Shown here: one piece after another, positions 21,270 through 29,874 of the stretch
How the letters are laid out: every line of letters begins with the position of its first letter
How positions within the stretch are numbered: position 1 is the stretch's first letter
Assembly (NCBI GenBank): GCA_943354605.1
Contig: CALRCK010000003.1
Span: 14,902-78,901, forward strand
Direction of reading: 5' to 3'
DNA: 64,000 nt
Source: Candidatus Uhrbacteria bacterium
GTDB lineage: Bacteria > Patescibacteriota > Patescibacteriia > UBA9934
Position numbers and translations under genes: made by a program
The notes under the pieces: generated by a model
The model's database searches: none
The model's input: the letters and a program-made list of their open reading frames with translations, nothing else
Told to the model about the DNA's origin: nothing

Positions 21270-22058
21270 CTACTGAACGGTCACCACATTCGGCACCGCG
21301 GCAGACTGCACCTCAACATCCCACGGCGTTGATGCGGTGGAAATTCCCGTGGACGGCCCGCCATCGAGGTTACCAGCGATGCGGAAATGCTCGGACTGTA
21401 CCGCGAGCCACTGCGCCATTTGATACAACGATTCTTCACCGGATTCGCTCACGATGACATCGATCGTGCCGTCGTCTTCCTGCGCGAGAACGGTTCGGCG
21501 AGCGTGCAAACCGCTATCTTCCGCAACCATCGGCGTGTCGTTCAATACGAGTGTTGGGAACGAAAGGAATGTGGACCCTGGATACGGGCCGAGCATAGAG
21601 CTCGCGGGCACGTGGTACATGTTCATCGATCCATCTTCTCGAATATTCGCCGCAAACGTGTATCCGTTTTCATCGAATGCCGTTTCTGGCCACGGTACCG
21701 CCGAAGTGGATCCATCGAGAGAATAAAATCCCGCGGGTTGATTCGTTTCTGTAAAATACGATCCGTTCATGACAAACCTCGCGCCAAGATGGGTCCGCCA
21801 TTCGTGAACCGACTTTGGCGACGATGGATCGTTCGCGAGCAACCATTGCGACTCGGCGGAAAACTTTGAGACGAGAAACGAAACCTCGTGCCCATCGAAT
21901 GTGGCTATTCTTCGTTCCATGAAAGTCGGGAGATCTGCATATCCATAACGAAAGAACAGCTTCATTGTTGGAAGATATATCGCGACAACAATGCCGAGCA
22001 CCACACCACCACACACCATCGCACAACACCCCAATGCTAAAAATTTCTTGATGCTCAT
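21270..22058 (-). CDS. Phosphodiester glycosidase (NAGPA-like) family protein
   Basis: NGSYF, RRTVLA, NLDGGPST motifs; N-terminal anchor. Confidence 0.8.
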   Translation of the reverse strand: MSIKKFLALGCCAMVCGGVVLGIVVAIYLPTMKLFFRYGYADLPTFMERRIATFDGHEVSFLVSKFSAESQWLLANDPSSPKSVHEWRTHLGARFVMNGSYFTETNQPAGFYSLDGSTSAVPWPETAFDENGYTFAANIREDGSMNMYHVPASSMLGPYPGSTFLSFPTLVLNDTPMVAEDSGLHARRTVLAQEDDGTIDVIVSESGEESLYQMAQWLAVQSEHFRIAGNLDGGPSTGISTASTPWDVEVQSAAVPNVVTVQ

Positions 22059-22636
22059 ACCGCGCATCGTTCAGCGATCGCTCGCGCCTCCGCTTCCCTC
22101 CATTCCATCGCAAGAATGATCATCTTCGGCTTTCCCGTAAATCCCTTTGTATTCAAAGTTGCCGCTACACGCCACTTTTCACCAACTTTTGAAACGCGAT
22201 TCCCCATCACCATGAATACAGGAACTTTCGCAACGTCGATTCGTGCAATGTCGGCGCGTGAAAGCGATCGTTTCTGCCAGGCAAAGAAATTTCCACGCCG
22301 CGTGACGAGCTTCCCATTCTCAATACACGTGGATCGATCCACATTCATCATGAGCATACCAACGCCGAACATGACGATCGCAACGCCAAGAAACAGCATC
22401 CACATCACTCCGCTGAACGCGAGTTCCCATGTTGCACAACGCGACCCCGGGCAGAGCACCGCAGAAAACCAATCTGCAAGCGAATGCACAGTAATGCCGG
22501 AATTTGCGACTGTATAAAAGATCTCATTCTGCCAAATGTATGCAAGGACGAGTCCGGCAAACGTAAAGAAAGGTCCGTACACCCACTGACCCCAACCTAA
22601 CGGACTATATCGGATCACTTGCGCGCCGTTTGCCAT
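22055..22636 (-). CDS. Hypothetical membrane protein
   Basis: Two TM segments; tightly packed in the gene run. Confidence 0.7.
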   Translation of the reverse strand: MANGAQVIRYSPLGWGQWVYGPFFTFAGLVLAYIWQNEIFYTVANSGITVHSLADWFSAVLCPGSRCATWELAFSGVMWMLFLGVAIVMFGVGMLMMNVDRSTCIENGKLVTRRGNFFAWQKRSLSRADIARIDVAKVPVFMVMGNRVSKVGEKWRVAATLNTKGFTGKPKMIILAMEWREAEARAIAERCAV

Positions 22637-22637
22637 A

Positions 22638-22862
22638 TCAGAATTTCCGAAGAATCTTCTTTGCTTTTTCTACCGCGGTCGCAGGAACCATAATGGAAAA
22701 CTTCTGCGGCGTTCGTGCGGCAAACGGGTTCCAATGAAACGTGGAGTCCCCCGCCACTTCGGATGGAATACCCGCAACCATCAGCTTTGCGCACGCAATA
22801 TCCGCCCGAAACTCATCGTCCATTGTGGCCGCAACAACAAGAACTTTTCCGCGGAGATTCAT
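22638..22862 (-). CDS. DUF2007-like small protein
   Basis: ADIACAKL..AGIPS...IMVP...VEKAKKIL pattern. Confidence 0.6.
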   Translation of the reverse strand: MNLRGKVLVVAATMDDEFRADIACAKLMVAGIPSEVAGDSTFHWNPFAARTPQKFSIMVPATAVEKAKKILRKF

Positions 22863-22924
22863 ATAATCTGATTTTAACATGCTCGCTGACGCCAAAACAG
22901 GAACACATGAATTTTCGCTGACGG

Positions 22925-22953
22925 TTTACAGCAAGAACAACATTCTGTAGAAT
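22925..22953 (+). promoter_or_regulatory. Sigma70-like promoter upstream of tRNA-Trp
   Basis: TTTACA-17-TAGAAT with TG extension. Confidence 0.6.
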
Positions 22954-23050
22954 GAACGGGCTTTATATGGTTTCGACTGAATAGAGTAACCGGATAGAAC
23001 CTTCTCCTCAAAACAGAAGGTTCTCTGTACGGCTTAATTCTGGTGACACT

Positions 23051-23176
23051 TTAGAACTTTCTCATTTTAGGCTAGTTTCGGCGCGCAAGGAGCAAAGTTC
23101 GCGAGGCGTACTCATGGTACGGCGAGCGAGTTTGCAACAAAGCAAGCCGAAAATAGTCAAAATGAGGAAGTTCTAA
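23051..23176 (+). repeat. ~127-bp structured palindrome, CGTAC-loop-GTACG family (copy A)
   Basis: Closing stem ttagaactt/aagttctaa, agtttcgg/ccgaaaat, apex gcgtactcatggtacg. Confidence 0.8.
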
Positions 23177-23183
23177 GACATGA

Positions 23184-23257
23184 AGGGGCGTCGTATAATG
23201 GTAGTACAACGGTCTCCAAAACCGTTAGCGTGGGTTCGATTCCCCCCGCCCCTGCCA
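23184..23257 (+). tRNA. tRNA-Trp(CCA)
   Basis: Acceptor AGGGGCG/CGCCCCT, anticodon arm ACGGT-CTCCAAA-ACCGT, GGTTCGATT, encoded CCA. Confidence 0.95.
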
Positions 23258-24751
23258 CGAGAGACGGTCATCGCAAGGTGACCGTTTTTCGATTGCAAAA
23301 TACGGTTGTTTCAGCGAAAAAATCGGCTCTCCGTCCGTAAGTTTCGAGTTCGATAGTAAAAACTGTGCCAATTCCCGTTTTTCGTCAGGAGTGGCTTCTT
23401 TCGCCAGTTTCTCGGCGTTTTCTGCGAGTTCCAAAATCCTACAGCCGAATTGGTAATAACTGATGTCAGCGCGGTTGTGTTTCGCCATGCGGACTTCAAG
23501 ACTTTCGAGCTGCTTGGTGTAGTCGGCAAACTTCGCATCGTAAAAGCTCTCGGTGATTTTCTTATCGAGGCGGTCTTCGTACAATGCGTCGATACGCTTC
23601 TTGAGGCGCGTCTGGTCAGCGACAAGGCTCTCGAAAGCCTTATCCTCCCCCTCGCGCTTCTGCGACAGCGACTGCTTGAGTGCGGCGGTTACAAACGCAA
23701 CGCCTGCATCGCTGATTTTCAGGATGTTCGTCAGCTTGTCGAAACGTTCGTCGATTGTTTCTTCTTTGACCCACGGCTGGTCGCAGTTCGTGTTGTACTT
23801 GGTGCAATGGTAGTAGTTGTAACGACCCTTCGCCTTCTCTGCGGTAATCGACCGAGCGCATACGCCGCAAGTAAACATTCCCTTGTACGCAAACGGCATG
23901 ACGTTATGCTCTTTGCGCATATTCAAATTGCGCCCGCTGATGACGTCTTGCACTTTTGCCCACAGCTCCGAGGCAATAAGAGGCTCGTATGAGCCTTGTA
24001 TCATCTTGCCGTTCCACTCAAACCTCCCAACGTAGAACGTATTGACGAGGCAACGCTGCACCGTGGAAACATACAGCTTACCGCTCTTGATGACGGGTGG
24101 GAGGTTGAGCGTCAGCCCTTCGGCTTCGAGCTTGGTAATAAGTGACTTCATCGAGTAAATGCCCGAGGCGTAGTACTCAAACATTTTGACGATGAGTTGG
24201 CGGTTCGCAGGGTCAGGAATGACGATGTTGTGTTTGGGGTTGAGCGGGTCTTTCGCGTTGAGGTAGCCAAGGGGAGCTTGGCGCGGATATTCTCCGTGCG
24301 AGATTTTGATGTCAAAACCCTTTTTTACTTCCTCCTTGAGGTTGTCGATAAAACCCTTCGCCAATACAGTCTTGAGGCCGTGCATGAGTTTGTCCGACGC
24401 GCGGCTGTCTTTTCCGATAGAGCCGCCCTCTTTCACCAGCCAAACGGTCACACCGAAATTGTCGGTCAGTTCTTCGATAGCGACGTAGTCCGTAAAGTTG
24501 CGATGGAGGCGGTCGGTCTTTTCGACGAGAATGTGCTTGATGTCCTTTGCTTTGACGTAGGCCAGCATCGCGGCGAACTCCTTGCGTCGGCTGTCCTTGG
24601 CCGTCTCTGCCTCCTCAAACTCTTTTGCGACCTCAAAGCCGTTACGACGAGCAAAGTCGTAGAGAGCAACGCGCTGTGCCTCGGGGGAGAAGCCCTGCTC
24701 GGCCTGCTCCTTGCTCGACACACGGACGTACATGACGGCTTTCTTGAGCAT
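23225..24751 (-). CDS. Large serine recombinase (integrase)
   Basis: YVRVSS catalytic motif, KTDRLHRN, APLGY recombinase domain, CGVC..YYHC..C zinc ribbon, coiled coil; last 10 codons overlap tRNA-Trp antisense. Confidence 0.95.
   Translation of the reverse strand: MLKKAVMYVRVSSKEQAEQGFSPEAQRVALYDFARRNGFEVAKEFEEAETAKDSRRKEFAAMLAYVKAKDIKHILVEKTDRLHRNFTDYVAIEELTDNFGVTVWLVKEGGSIGKDSRASDKLMHGLKTVLAKGFIDNLKEEVKKGFDIKISHGEYPRQAPLGYLNAKDPLNPKHNIVIPDPANRQLIVKMFEYYASGIYSMKSLITKLEAEGLTLNLPPVIKSGKLYVSTVQRCLVNTFYVGRFEWNGKMIQGSYEPLIASELWAKVQDVISGRNLNMRKEHNVMPFAYKGMFTCGVCARSITAEKAKGRYNYYHCTKYNTNCDQPWVKEETIDERFDKLTNILKISDAGVAFVTAALKQSLSQKREGEDKAFESLVADQTRLKKRIDALYEDRLDKKITESFYDAKFADYTKQLESLEVRMAKHNRADISYYQFGCRILELAENAEKLAKEATPDEKRELAQFLLSNSKLTDGEPIFSLKQPYFAIEKRSPCDDRLSWQGRGESNPR
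23258..23291 (+). terminator. Intrinsic terminator for tRNA-Trp, within the integrase CDS (antisense)
   Basis: acggtcatc-GCAA-ggtgaccgt-tttt immediately after the tRNA CCA. Confidence 0.75.
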
Positions 24752-24753
24752 AT

Positions 24754-25377
24754 CTATAGATGAGAGACGGCAACCATCATTGAAATCGTCAGTACAGCTA
24801 TTCCGAACCCGAAGGTGAGAAAGCAAGCGTACTGCAAGAATGCCTTTACGCTTACGGCAAATGCATTTTTTCCGTCGAGCTCATCGCACAACTTTTTGTC
24901 ATTGGCCAAGTATTCAGCTTCTTGCGCGGCGTATGCTTCCTTGCTACCGCCTCCCGTGAGCACGACAGTAAGACCAGTACCGAGATACTGGATTTTTGCT
25001 TGGCGTAAACGCTGACGCTTCTTGAGCCATTCCGTAGCGGCAGTCCAGTAAATATGCCGAGCATTGAACCAACGAACAAATAGTCCGCTAATAAACGCGG
25101 TGAGCATCAATGACCAGGCTACAAACAATGTGTATTTCAAGGGATGACCAAGAAAAATTGCATCGAATGGCCTGCTCGTTGCGTTTGCTACTGAGCCAAC
25201 AAAGGTAAGGCTCAATGAAATAATCGCGGCGGAATACAAGGTAATCTTTTCCGAGACTTCCACGAGGTCTTTATTTACATTTATTTGCGTCAGGTCGAAA
25301 TGCGTTGCGGCCTTGCTCAATGCATCGCTACTTTGCGACATTTCCGCGTGAACAGCAGTCGGGTTGAAGTCCGTCAT
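24754..25377 (-). CDS. Hypothetical membrane protein (about 3 TM) in the element
   Basis: 207-aa ORF between rep and int with 14-nt and 2-nt gaps; hydrophobic segments. Confidence 0.75.
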   Translation of the reverse strand: MTDFNPTAVHAEMSQSSDALSKAATHFDLTQINVNKDLVEVSEKITLYSAAIISLSLTFVGSVANATSRPFDAIFLGHPLKYTLFVAWSLMLTAFISGLFVRWFNARHIYWTAATEWLKKRQRLRQAKIQYLGTGLTVVLTGGGSKEAYAAQEAEYLANDKKLCDELDGKNAFAVSVKAFLQYACFLTFGFGIAVLTISMMVAVSHL

Positions 25378-25391
25378 AGATTGCTTTCATT

Positions 25392-26573
25392 TTATATTAT
25401 CTCCTCATCAATAGCGACCCCGAGTATCGCCTCGAGCTTCTTGGGGAGGACAGGACAGAAGGCTGCGAGTTTGCGCTGTAAGTACGGCACAATGCCGACA
25501 ACGTCCTTCTTTGCCTCGGCCTTCGCGAGGATGTTTTCGACCGCTTTTTTGTACCGTGTCACGGTTGCGGGTGAAGCTTCGCGTTTCAGCTCCTCAATAG
25601 CAGTCTTGAGGCCGTGGTCACGGACACGATGCGCGAGGTAGTAAAGAATAGCGCGGTCGCGGAAGTCGTCCGCATACTCCCCGATGAGGCGTTGTAGTTC
25701 GGTATTCTTGAGGTCGCTCAAACGAACAAGGCGGTTGAAGTCTTTGACGTACACGTTCTCGAACGTTCGTACGAGTACCTTCTTTGCTATGTCAGCCTTC
25801 GCTGCTTCTTGCAGGGTGTACCCCTTCTTTTTTATGGCGGCGGAAAATTGCCGCAAGGTCGCGTCTACGGTCTGTCTCTTTTGTAACGATAGCTCGATGC
25901 GGAGTGCGCCCTTTGTCCATTTGCCCGCCTTGTACTGCCGCGCAATTTCTTGTTCGAGCTGCGTCTTGCCATTGGTCGCGATTTCATCGAACTTGTCGTA
26001 CAAAACAAAACCTTGCGAGGAGTTGTAGTACTTCAAGTAAAAACCGTCCTTCCCGTCGTGATAATCGCGTCGGTTGAAGTCCGAAGACTGCTTCATGTCA
26101 TACGGCATCAGCGCACGGAGCATTTGTGCCGTCGTCCCGAAGCTCGGACTGATTTGCAGGATTTTCGAGTAGTCTATGCGGTACACGATAGCTCCCAACA
26201 CATCCTCGGGCTTTACGCCGACTTTGATTTCTTTGAGTGCATCGACGAGCTTCTTGGCGACGAGGGGGAGCAAACGTTCGTCCATATCGAAGATGCTTGC
26301 CCCGAACAGGAGTTTGGGGAGTGATACTTGCACGACGAGCTGACGCTCCGAAGGCACCATGCCGCGTTTGGTGCGCCGTGAACGTTCGGTAATATGTACC
26401 TGTGGGAAATACTTCCCCTCGGCCTTGCAACGCTGTGGGTAGTCCGTGTAGCGCGTGGTGAAGCGTCCGAAGACGCCGTACTTGCCTTTGAGCTCCTGAT
26501 GCTGCGCCTTGGTGAAGAACTCGTCGGAGTACGTCACGAAGTTCGTAATGTGAATGGTGACGCTGTCTATCAT
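25392..26573 (-). CDS. Putative rolling-circle replication initiator/relaxase (gpII/X-Rep_trans-like)
   Basis: Ordered motifs MIDS, SLPKLLFG, RIDY, LYDK, LRIEL. Confidence 0.7.
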   Translation of the reverse strand: MIDSVTIHITNFVTYSDEFFTKAQHQELKGKYGVFGRFTTRYTDYPQRCKAEGKYFPQVHITERSRRTKRGMVPSERQLVVQVSLPKLLFGASIFDMDERLLPLVAKKLVDALKEIKVGVKPEDVLGAIVYRIDYSKILQISPSFGTTAQMLRALMPYDMKQSSDFNRRDYHDGKDGFYLKYYNSSQGFVLYDKFDEIATNGKTQLEQEIARQYKAGKWTKGALRIELSLQKRQTVDATLRQFSAAIKKKGYTLQEAAKADIAKKVLVRTFENVYVKDFNRLVRLSDLKNTELQRLIGEYADDFRDRAILYYLAHRVRDHGLKTAIEELKREASPATVTRYKKAVENILAKAEAKKDVVGIVPYLQRKLAAFCPVLPKKLEAILGVAIDEEII

Positions 26574-26740
26574 ACGAGTTGGGGCTTGGCTTTTATGCGG
26601 GTGTCGATGCGGAGCAATACCTCAAAGGCTCCGAGCAGATTTCTTGCTGCGTCGGGTATTTCTTCAGGGGCGAGGCCAAGCTCGTCCACGAAGTAGCGTT
26701 GCGCCAATTCTTCGAGGTTGGGTTCATCTTCGGGCAACAT
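26570..26740 (-). CDS. 56-aa hypothetical protein (not in the ORF track)
   Basis: MLPEDEPNLEELAQRYFVDELGLAPEEIPDAARNLLGAFEVLLRIDTRIKAKPQLV; ATGA overlap with the rep start. Confidence 0.7.
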   Translation of the reverse strand: MLPEDEPNLEELAQRYFVDELGLAPEEIPDAARNLLGAFEVLLRIDTRIKAKPQLV

Positions 26741-26877
26741 AAAAGCTCCGAGCCGTAATATCAGCCGTGACAGGCTGTATAGACGCGGAGCTGTGGGTTG
26801 ATTATTGAACGCACGACAAGTTCGTTCTATAATGCCCGTGGGTAGTAGCTTTCGCGTTTACGCAGCTATTATTGATA

Positions 26878-26902
26878 AGCCGTCTGTTTGCGCAGGCGGT
26901 TT
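26878..26902 (-). terminator. Hairpin terminator after the ImmA-like gene
   Basis: agccgtctg-tttgcg-caggcggtt overlapping the stop codon. Confidence 0.5.
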
Positions 26903-27539
26903 ATTGTTTTTGTAGGCTGTAGTCAGATACGCAGATTTCCATCATTTTCACAGATACCGCGAACTCAGTTGCGAGGCTACGGATCACCCATCGGTCATCG
27001 TGTTCGATAGCACGGGCGTATGCGCGTTTCAGTACTGGGTACGGAGCGAGGTAGTACGATGCGGTGATTTCCGCAACGCGCTCAATGATGTTCTGTCGCT
27101 CGACGGGGTCGGCTATGGCTTCCATGTCGGCCATGAACTCCCCATCAAACCGCTGAAGGATATGGGCGAACTCATGAGCGATGGTGAAGCGTTGACGTTC
27201 GCGTGGTACATCGTTTGCGACAAAAATGCGGATAGTACCCTCGTCCACGATGTCGTACATTCCGTCGATGTTCAGGCCGTGCTCGGTGGGGTTGAACGGA
27301 TAGTACTCAAACAAGAAGCCGTTGAGATACTGTGACATGGGTGCGAAGTTGATGGGGACACTCACCGTGTCGGCGTTCATGAATACCTTGTGCACGATGT
27401 CACGGAAGTGATGTTTCCACTTCTTTACCTTCTCCATGTAGAGCGGGCTGCATTGTCCATATCGTGGTCGCTGACGTGTCTTTTTGCGTAATACATACGC
27501 GCACGTTTCATCGGGAAGCTCGGGAGTAGTCGGGTTCAT
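26901..27539 (-). CDS. ImmA/IrrE family metallo-endopeptidase
   Basis: RQRFTIAHEFAH, E..A...A...LAP, LATEFAVS. Confidence 0.9.
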   Translation of the reverse strand: MNPTTPELPDETCAYVLRKKTRQRPRYGQCSPLYMEKVKKWKHHFRDIVHKVFMNADTVSVPINFAPMSQYLNGFLFEYYPFNPTEHGLNIDGMYDIVDEGTIRIFVANDVPRERQRFTIAHEFAHILQRFDGEFMADMEAIADPVERQNIIERVAEITASYYLAPYPVLKRAYARAIEHDDRWVIRSLATEFAVSVKMMEICVSDYSLQKQ

Positions 27540-27545
27540 ACGTTT

Positions 27546-28409
27546 TTACTCCAAGGCTTTGGGTTCCTCGGGCTTCGGGATGAAGTTATCAGGGGTAATA
27601 ACCGACTTTCCTGTGACGTCTTCGATTTCTTTTCGGGCATTGCCTGCGATACTCGCGCCCTTTTGTGCAGCCGCATGATTTGCATCAAATCCGTTCGCAT
27701 CGGCGTTTCGTGCGATTTCCGCAGTACTTGCCTCTGCAAGCATATTGATAACGAGCTCAAGCGGTGACATATGGTCACGCAGGTTTTCATCCGTCAGGTT
27801 CTTGAACTCTTTGTACTGACGGGTTGTCTTACCTGACCAACCTTTGTAAATGTCGTTCGTGAGGATTGCGTAGCCGTAGCCTTCGATGCCACGTTTTCGC
27901 CATTCGTTCGTGAGCTCGTTGCGCACTTCAATCGTGCGGAGACGACGACTAATCCATTCGTCGTCATAGCCTTTGCGGGCGTATGTGCCAAGGGCACGAT
28001 GAATGCCTTTTTCAGGGTCTTTGATTTCCTCGATACGCTCGAAGCCGACCCGCGCAAGCCATTGCTTGATGGGCTCTGCCTTGGGCGATGGGACGCTCTG
28101 AATGACACGGAGCAGGGTCTCCGTATCGGTACACTCGGTCGAGCGTTTTTTGCCATCCTTCGCGGTGAACTTCAACTTTACGATTTTCTCGTAAAGTTCA
28201 AATCCCTCCTCTTTGAGCTTGGCTTTGAGGTCGTTCCAGTAGCGGCTCGGAACGCTGCTTTCGGTGATGATGCCAACAACGTCGATGACGCTGAAGTACC
28301 ATTTCTCGGCTTCGGGGTTCCAGCGGCGACGAACGTCCCTATCCTCAAAGCGAATAATGGAAAGGTCGTTATCTGACGCTTGCGGTGGCTGGGTAGTAGT
28401 GTCGGCCAT
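27546..28409 (-). CDS. Bro-N domain protein (phage antirepressor-like)
   Basis: WYFSVIDVV, YWNDLK, IQSVPSPKAEPIKQWLA, ENLRDHM..LEL; start at MADTTT. Confidence 0.88.
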   Translation of the reverse strand: MADTTTQPPQASDNDLSIIRFEDRDVRRRWNPEAEKWYFSVIDVVGIITESSVPSRYWNDLKAKLKEEGFELYEKIVKLKFTAKDGKKRSTECTDTETLLRVIQSVPSPKAEPIKQWLARVGFERIEEIKDPEKGIHRALGTYARKGYDDEWISRRLRTIEVRNELTNEWRKRGIEGYGYAILTNDIYKGWSGKTTRQYKEFKNLTDENLRDHMSPLELVINMLAEASTAEIARNADANGFDANHAAAQKGASIAGNARKEIEDVTGKSVITPDNFIPKPEEPKALE

Positions 28410-28410
28410 A

Positions 28411-28758
28411 CTATTTCTTGGTCTTGCGCTTGCTCTCCAAATAATTGACGTGACCAACGATTTCGTTGATTTCGTCAGGGGAGAAGCTGCGCTGACGCAA
28501 TGCGTTTGCGAGCATCTGCGTAGCGTTCGGTGTTGAATTATCATCGAGAAGGCCAACAGCGGCGAGGAAGTCCCTGAATGTCATTCCAAGCCCTTCTGCA
28601 AGCTGTTTGCTCTTGTCGATGGAGAGTGTCTTGTAGAGCCCTGCCTCAAGTTTCGATATAAACCCAACGGAAATGTCTGCGCGACGTGCAAGCTCGTTTT
28701 GTGACAAGCTGTTTTGCTCGCGTAGTTCTTTGAGACTCTTGTGAAGTGGTTTCGTCAT
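28411..28758 (-). CDS. XRE-family HTH repressor (ImmR-like)
   Basis: LKELREQNSLSQNELARRADISVGFISKLEAG. Confidence 0.92.
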   Translation of the reverse strand: MTKPLHKSLKELREQNSLSQNELARRADISVGFISKLEAGLYKTLSIDKSKQLAEGLGMTFRDFLAAVGLLDDNSTPNATQMLANALRQRSFSPDEINEIVGHVNYLESKRKTKK

Positions 28759-28834
28759 AAAATACATTCATTCGTTTACGTCTCGACCCTGCGTTTTGCT
28801 ACATACGCGTCGATGATAAGAGTTACCGATGCAT

Positions 28835-28864
28835 ATTGTACTCTTTGCTATTTCCTATAGTCAA
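28835..28864 (-). promoter_or_regulatory. Promoter of the XRE-Bro-ImmA operon
   Basis: TTGACT-18-TACAAT on the minus strand. Confidence 0.6.
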
Positions 28865-28979
28865 TAGCACTATGCGATTTGTGTTGATACAAAGCTTTCT
28901 TGAATACAAAGAGCGCACCGACGGGCTGCGCTCGATGCAACGATTGAACGTTGAGAGCGTAGCCGCGCCGATGCGCGAG

Positions 28980-29666
28980 TTACGGGGTAGCGGGAGCCAC
29001 GGGCTCGAGGGTCTCGATGCGTTCGACGAGCATCATGAGATCCTCCACGTTCATGGGGAACGGGCAGTTGCGCGTCTTCATCCGCTCGATGATCCAGCGC
29101 ATCCCGGGGACGAGCTCGGTAAGCTTACGGAGCTCTTCGTCCGGCACATGCCCGAGGCGGGTAATTCCGTACGTGTTCTCATGCGGCCAGTCCAACTGGA
29201 TCAGGTAGACCTGGGCGGCCATGAGCTCCTGCCGCCAAGTGGCCAGGTGACCAGTCGTGACGGGGGACGTGTTCAGCATCCGCTGCGTGAGCTCGTTGGC
29301 CCACCCCTGGCCGGAGTAGCGTGCGGCCCACCACATGGCCTGGAGCCACGCCAACTGGAAGACCAGGCACTGCGCATCGTGCTCGCTGTGATCCTCCGGG
29401 TTGTAGTAACGCAACTGGAAGATCATCTCGCGCTGCCGATCGAGGAGGGCCTCGTGGCATTGCGCCTGGAACGTCTCCTGCTTATCGAAGAGACGCTTGG
29501 CCTCCCCCTGGGAGTTCTCGAACTTCGTCTCCGAGTCCTTGAGCTTGGTCTCGGAGCTCTCGAGCTGCATCGTGAGGCTCTTGATGCGGCCGATCATGTA
29601 GTAGATCACGATCAAGCTGACGATGACGACCAAAATGAGGCCGCCGATGATGGTCTCGGTTTCCAT
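28980..29666 (-). CDS. Hypothetical cargo protein (N-terminal TM, coiled coil)
   Basis: 228-aa ORF with AAGGAG RBS, its own promoter, and GC-rich codons. Confidence 0.8.
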   Translation of the reverse strand: METETIIGGLILVVIVSLIVIYYMIGRIKSLTMQLESSETKLKDSETKFENSQGEAKRLFDKQETFQAQCHEALLDRQREMIFQLRYYNPEDHSEHDAQCLVFQLAWLQAMWWAARYSGQGWANELTQRMLNTSPVTTGHLATWRQELMAAQVYLIQLDWPHENTYGITRLGHVPDEELRKLTELVPGMRWIIERMKTRNCPFPMNVEDLMMLVERIETLEPVAPATP

Positions 29667-29804
29667 TACACACTCCTTCGGGACGCACCCGATGAATGAG
29701 GGGACGCACCCCTACTGCACTCCGCAACTCAAGCACATTCTTGAGCGCAGATCTCGGAGGGGCCACTCGTGCGCCCTTCAAAATCCATGCTCAAAATAAC
29801 ACTC

Positions 29805-29833
29805 ATATTAGCATAAAAAATCACTATTGTCAA
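29805..29833 (-). promoter_or_regulatory. Near-consensus promoter for the cargo gene
   Basis: TTGACA-17-TAATAT with TG extension. Confidence 0.7.
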
Positions 29834-29874
29834 CCGAAAACCCGACAAAAGCCTTTTATATTGGCCAAATCAAA

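Noticed and set aside
22955-23050. GGTTTCGAC resembling a tmRNA 5' end
   Set aside because: No tag frame, pseudoknot region or matching 3' acceptor end; probably a structured pre-tRNA leader.
28836-29699. 287-aa + strand ORF in the element
   Set aside because: Mirror of the 228-aa minus gene, which has the RBS, promoter and TM signal.
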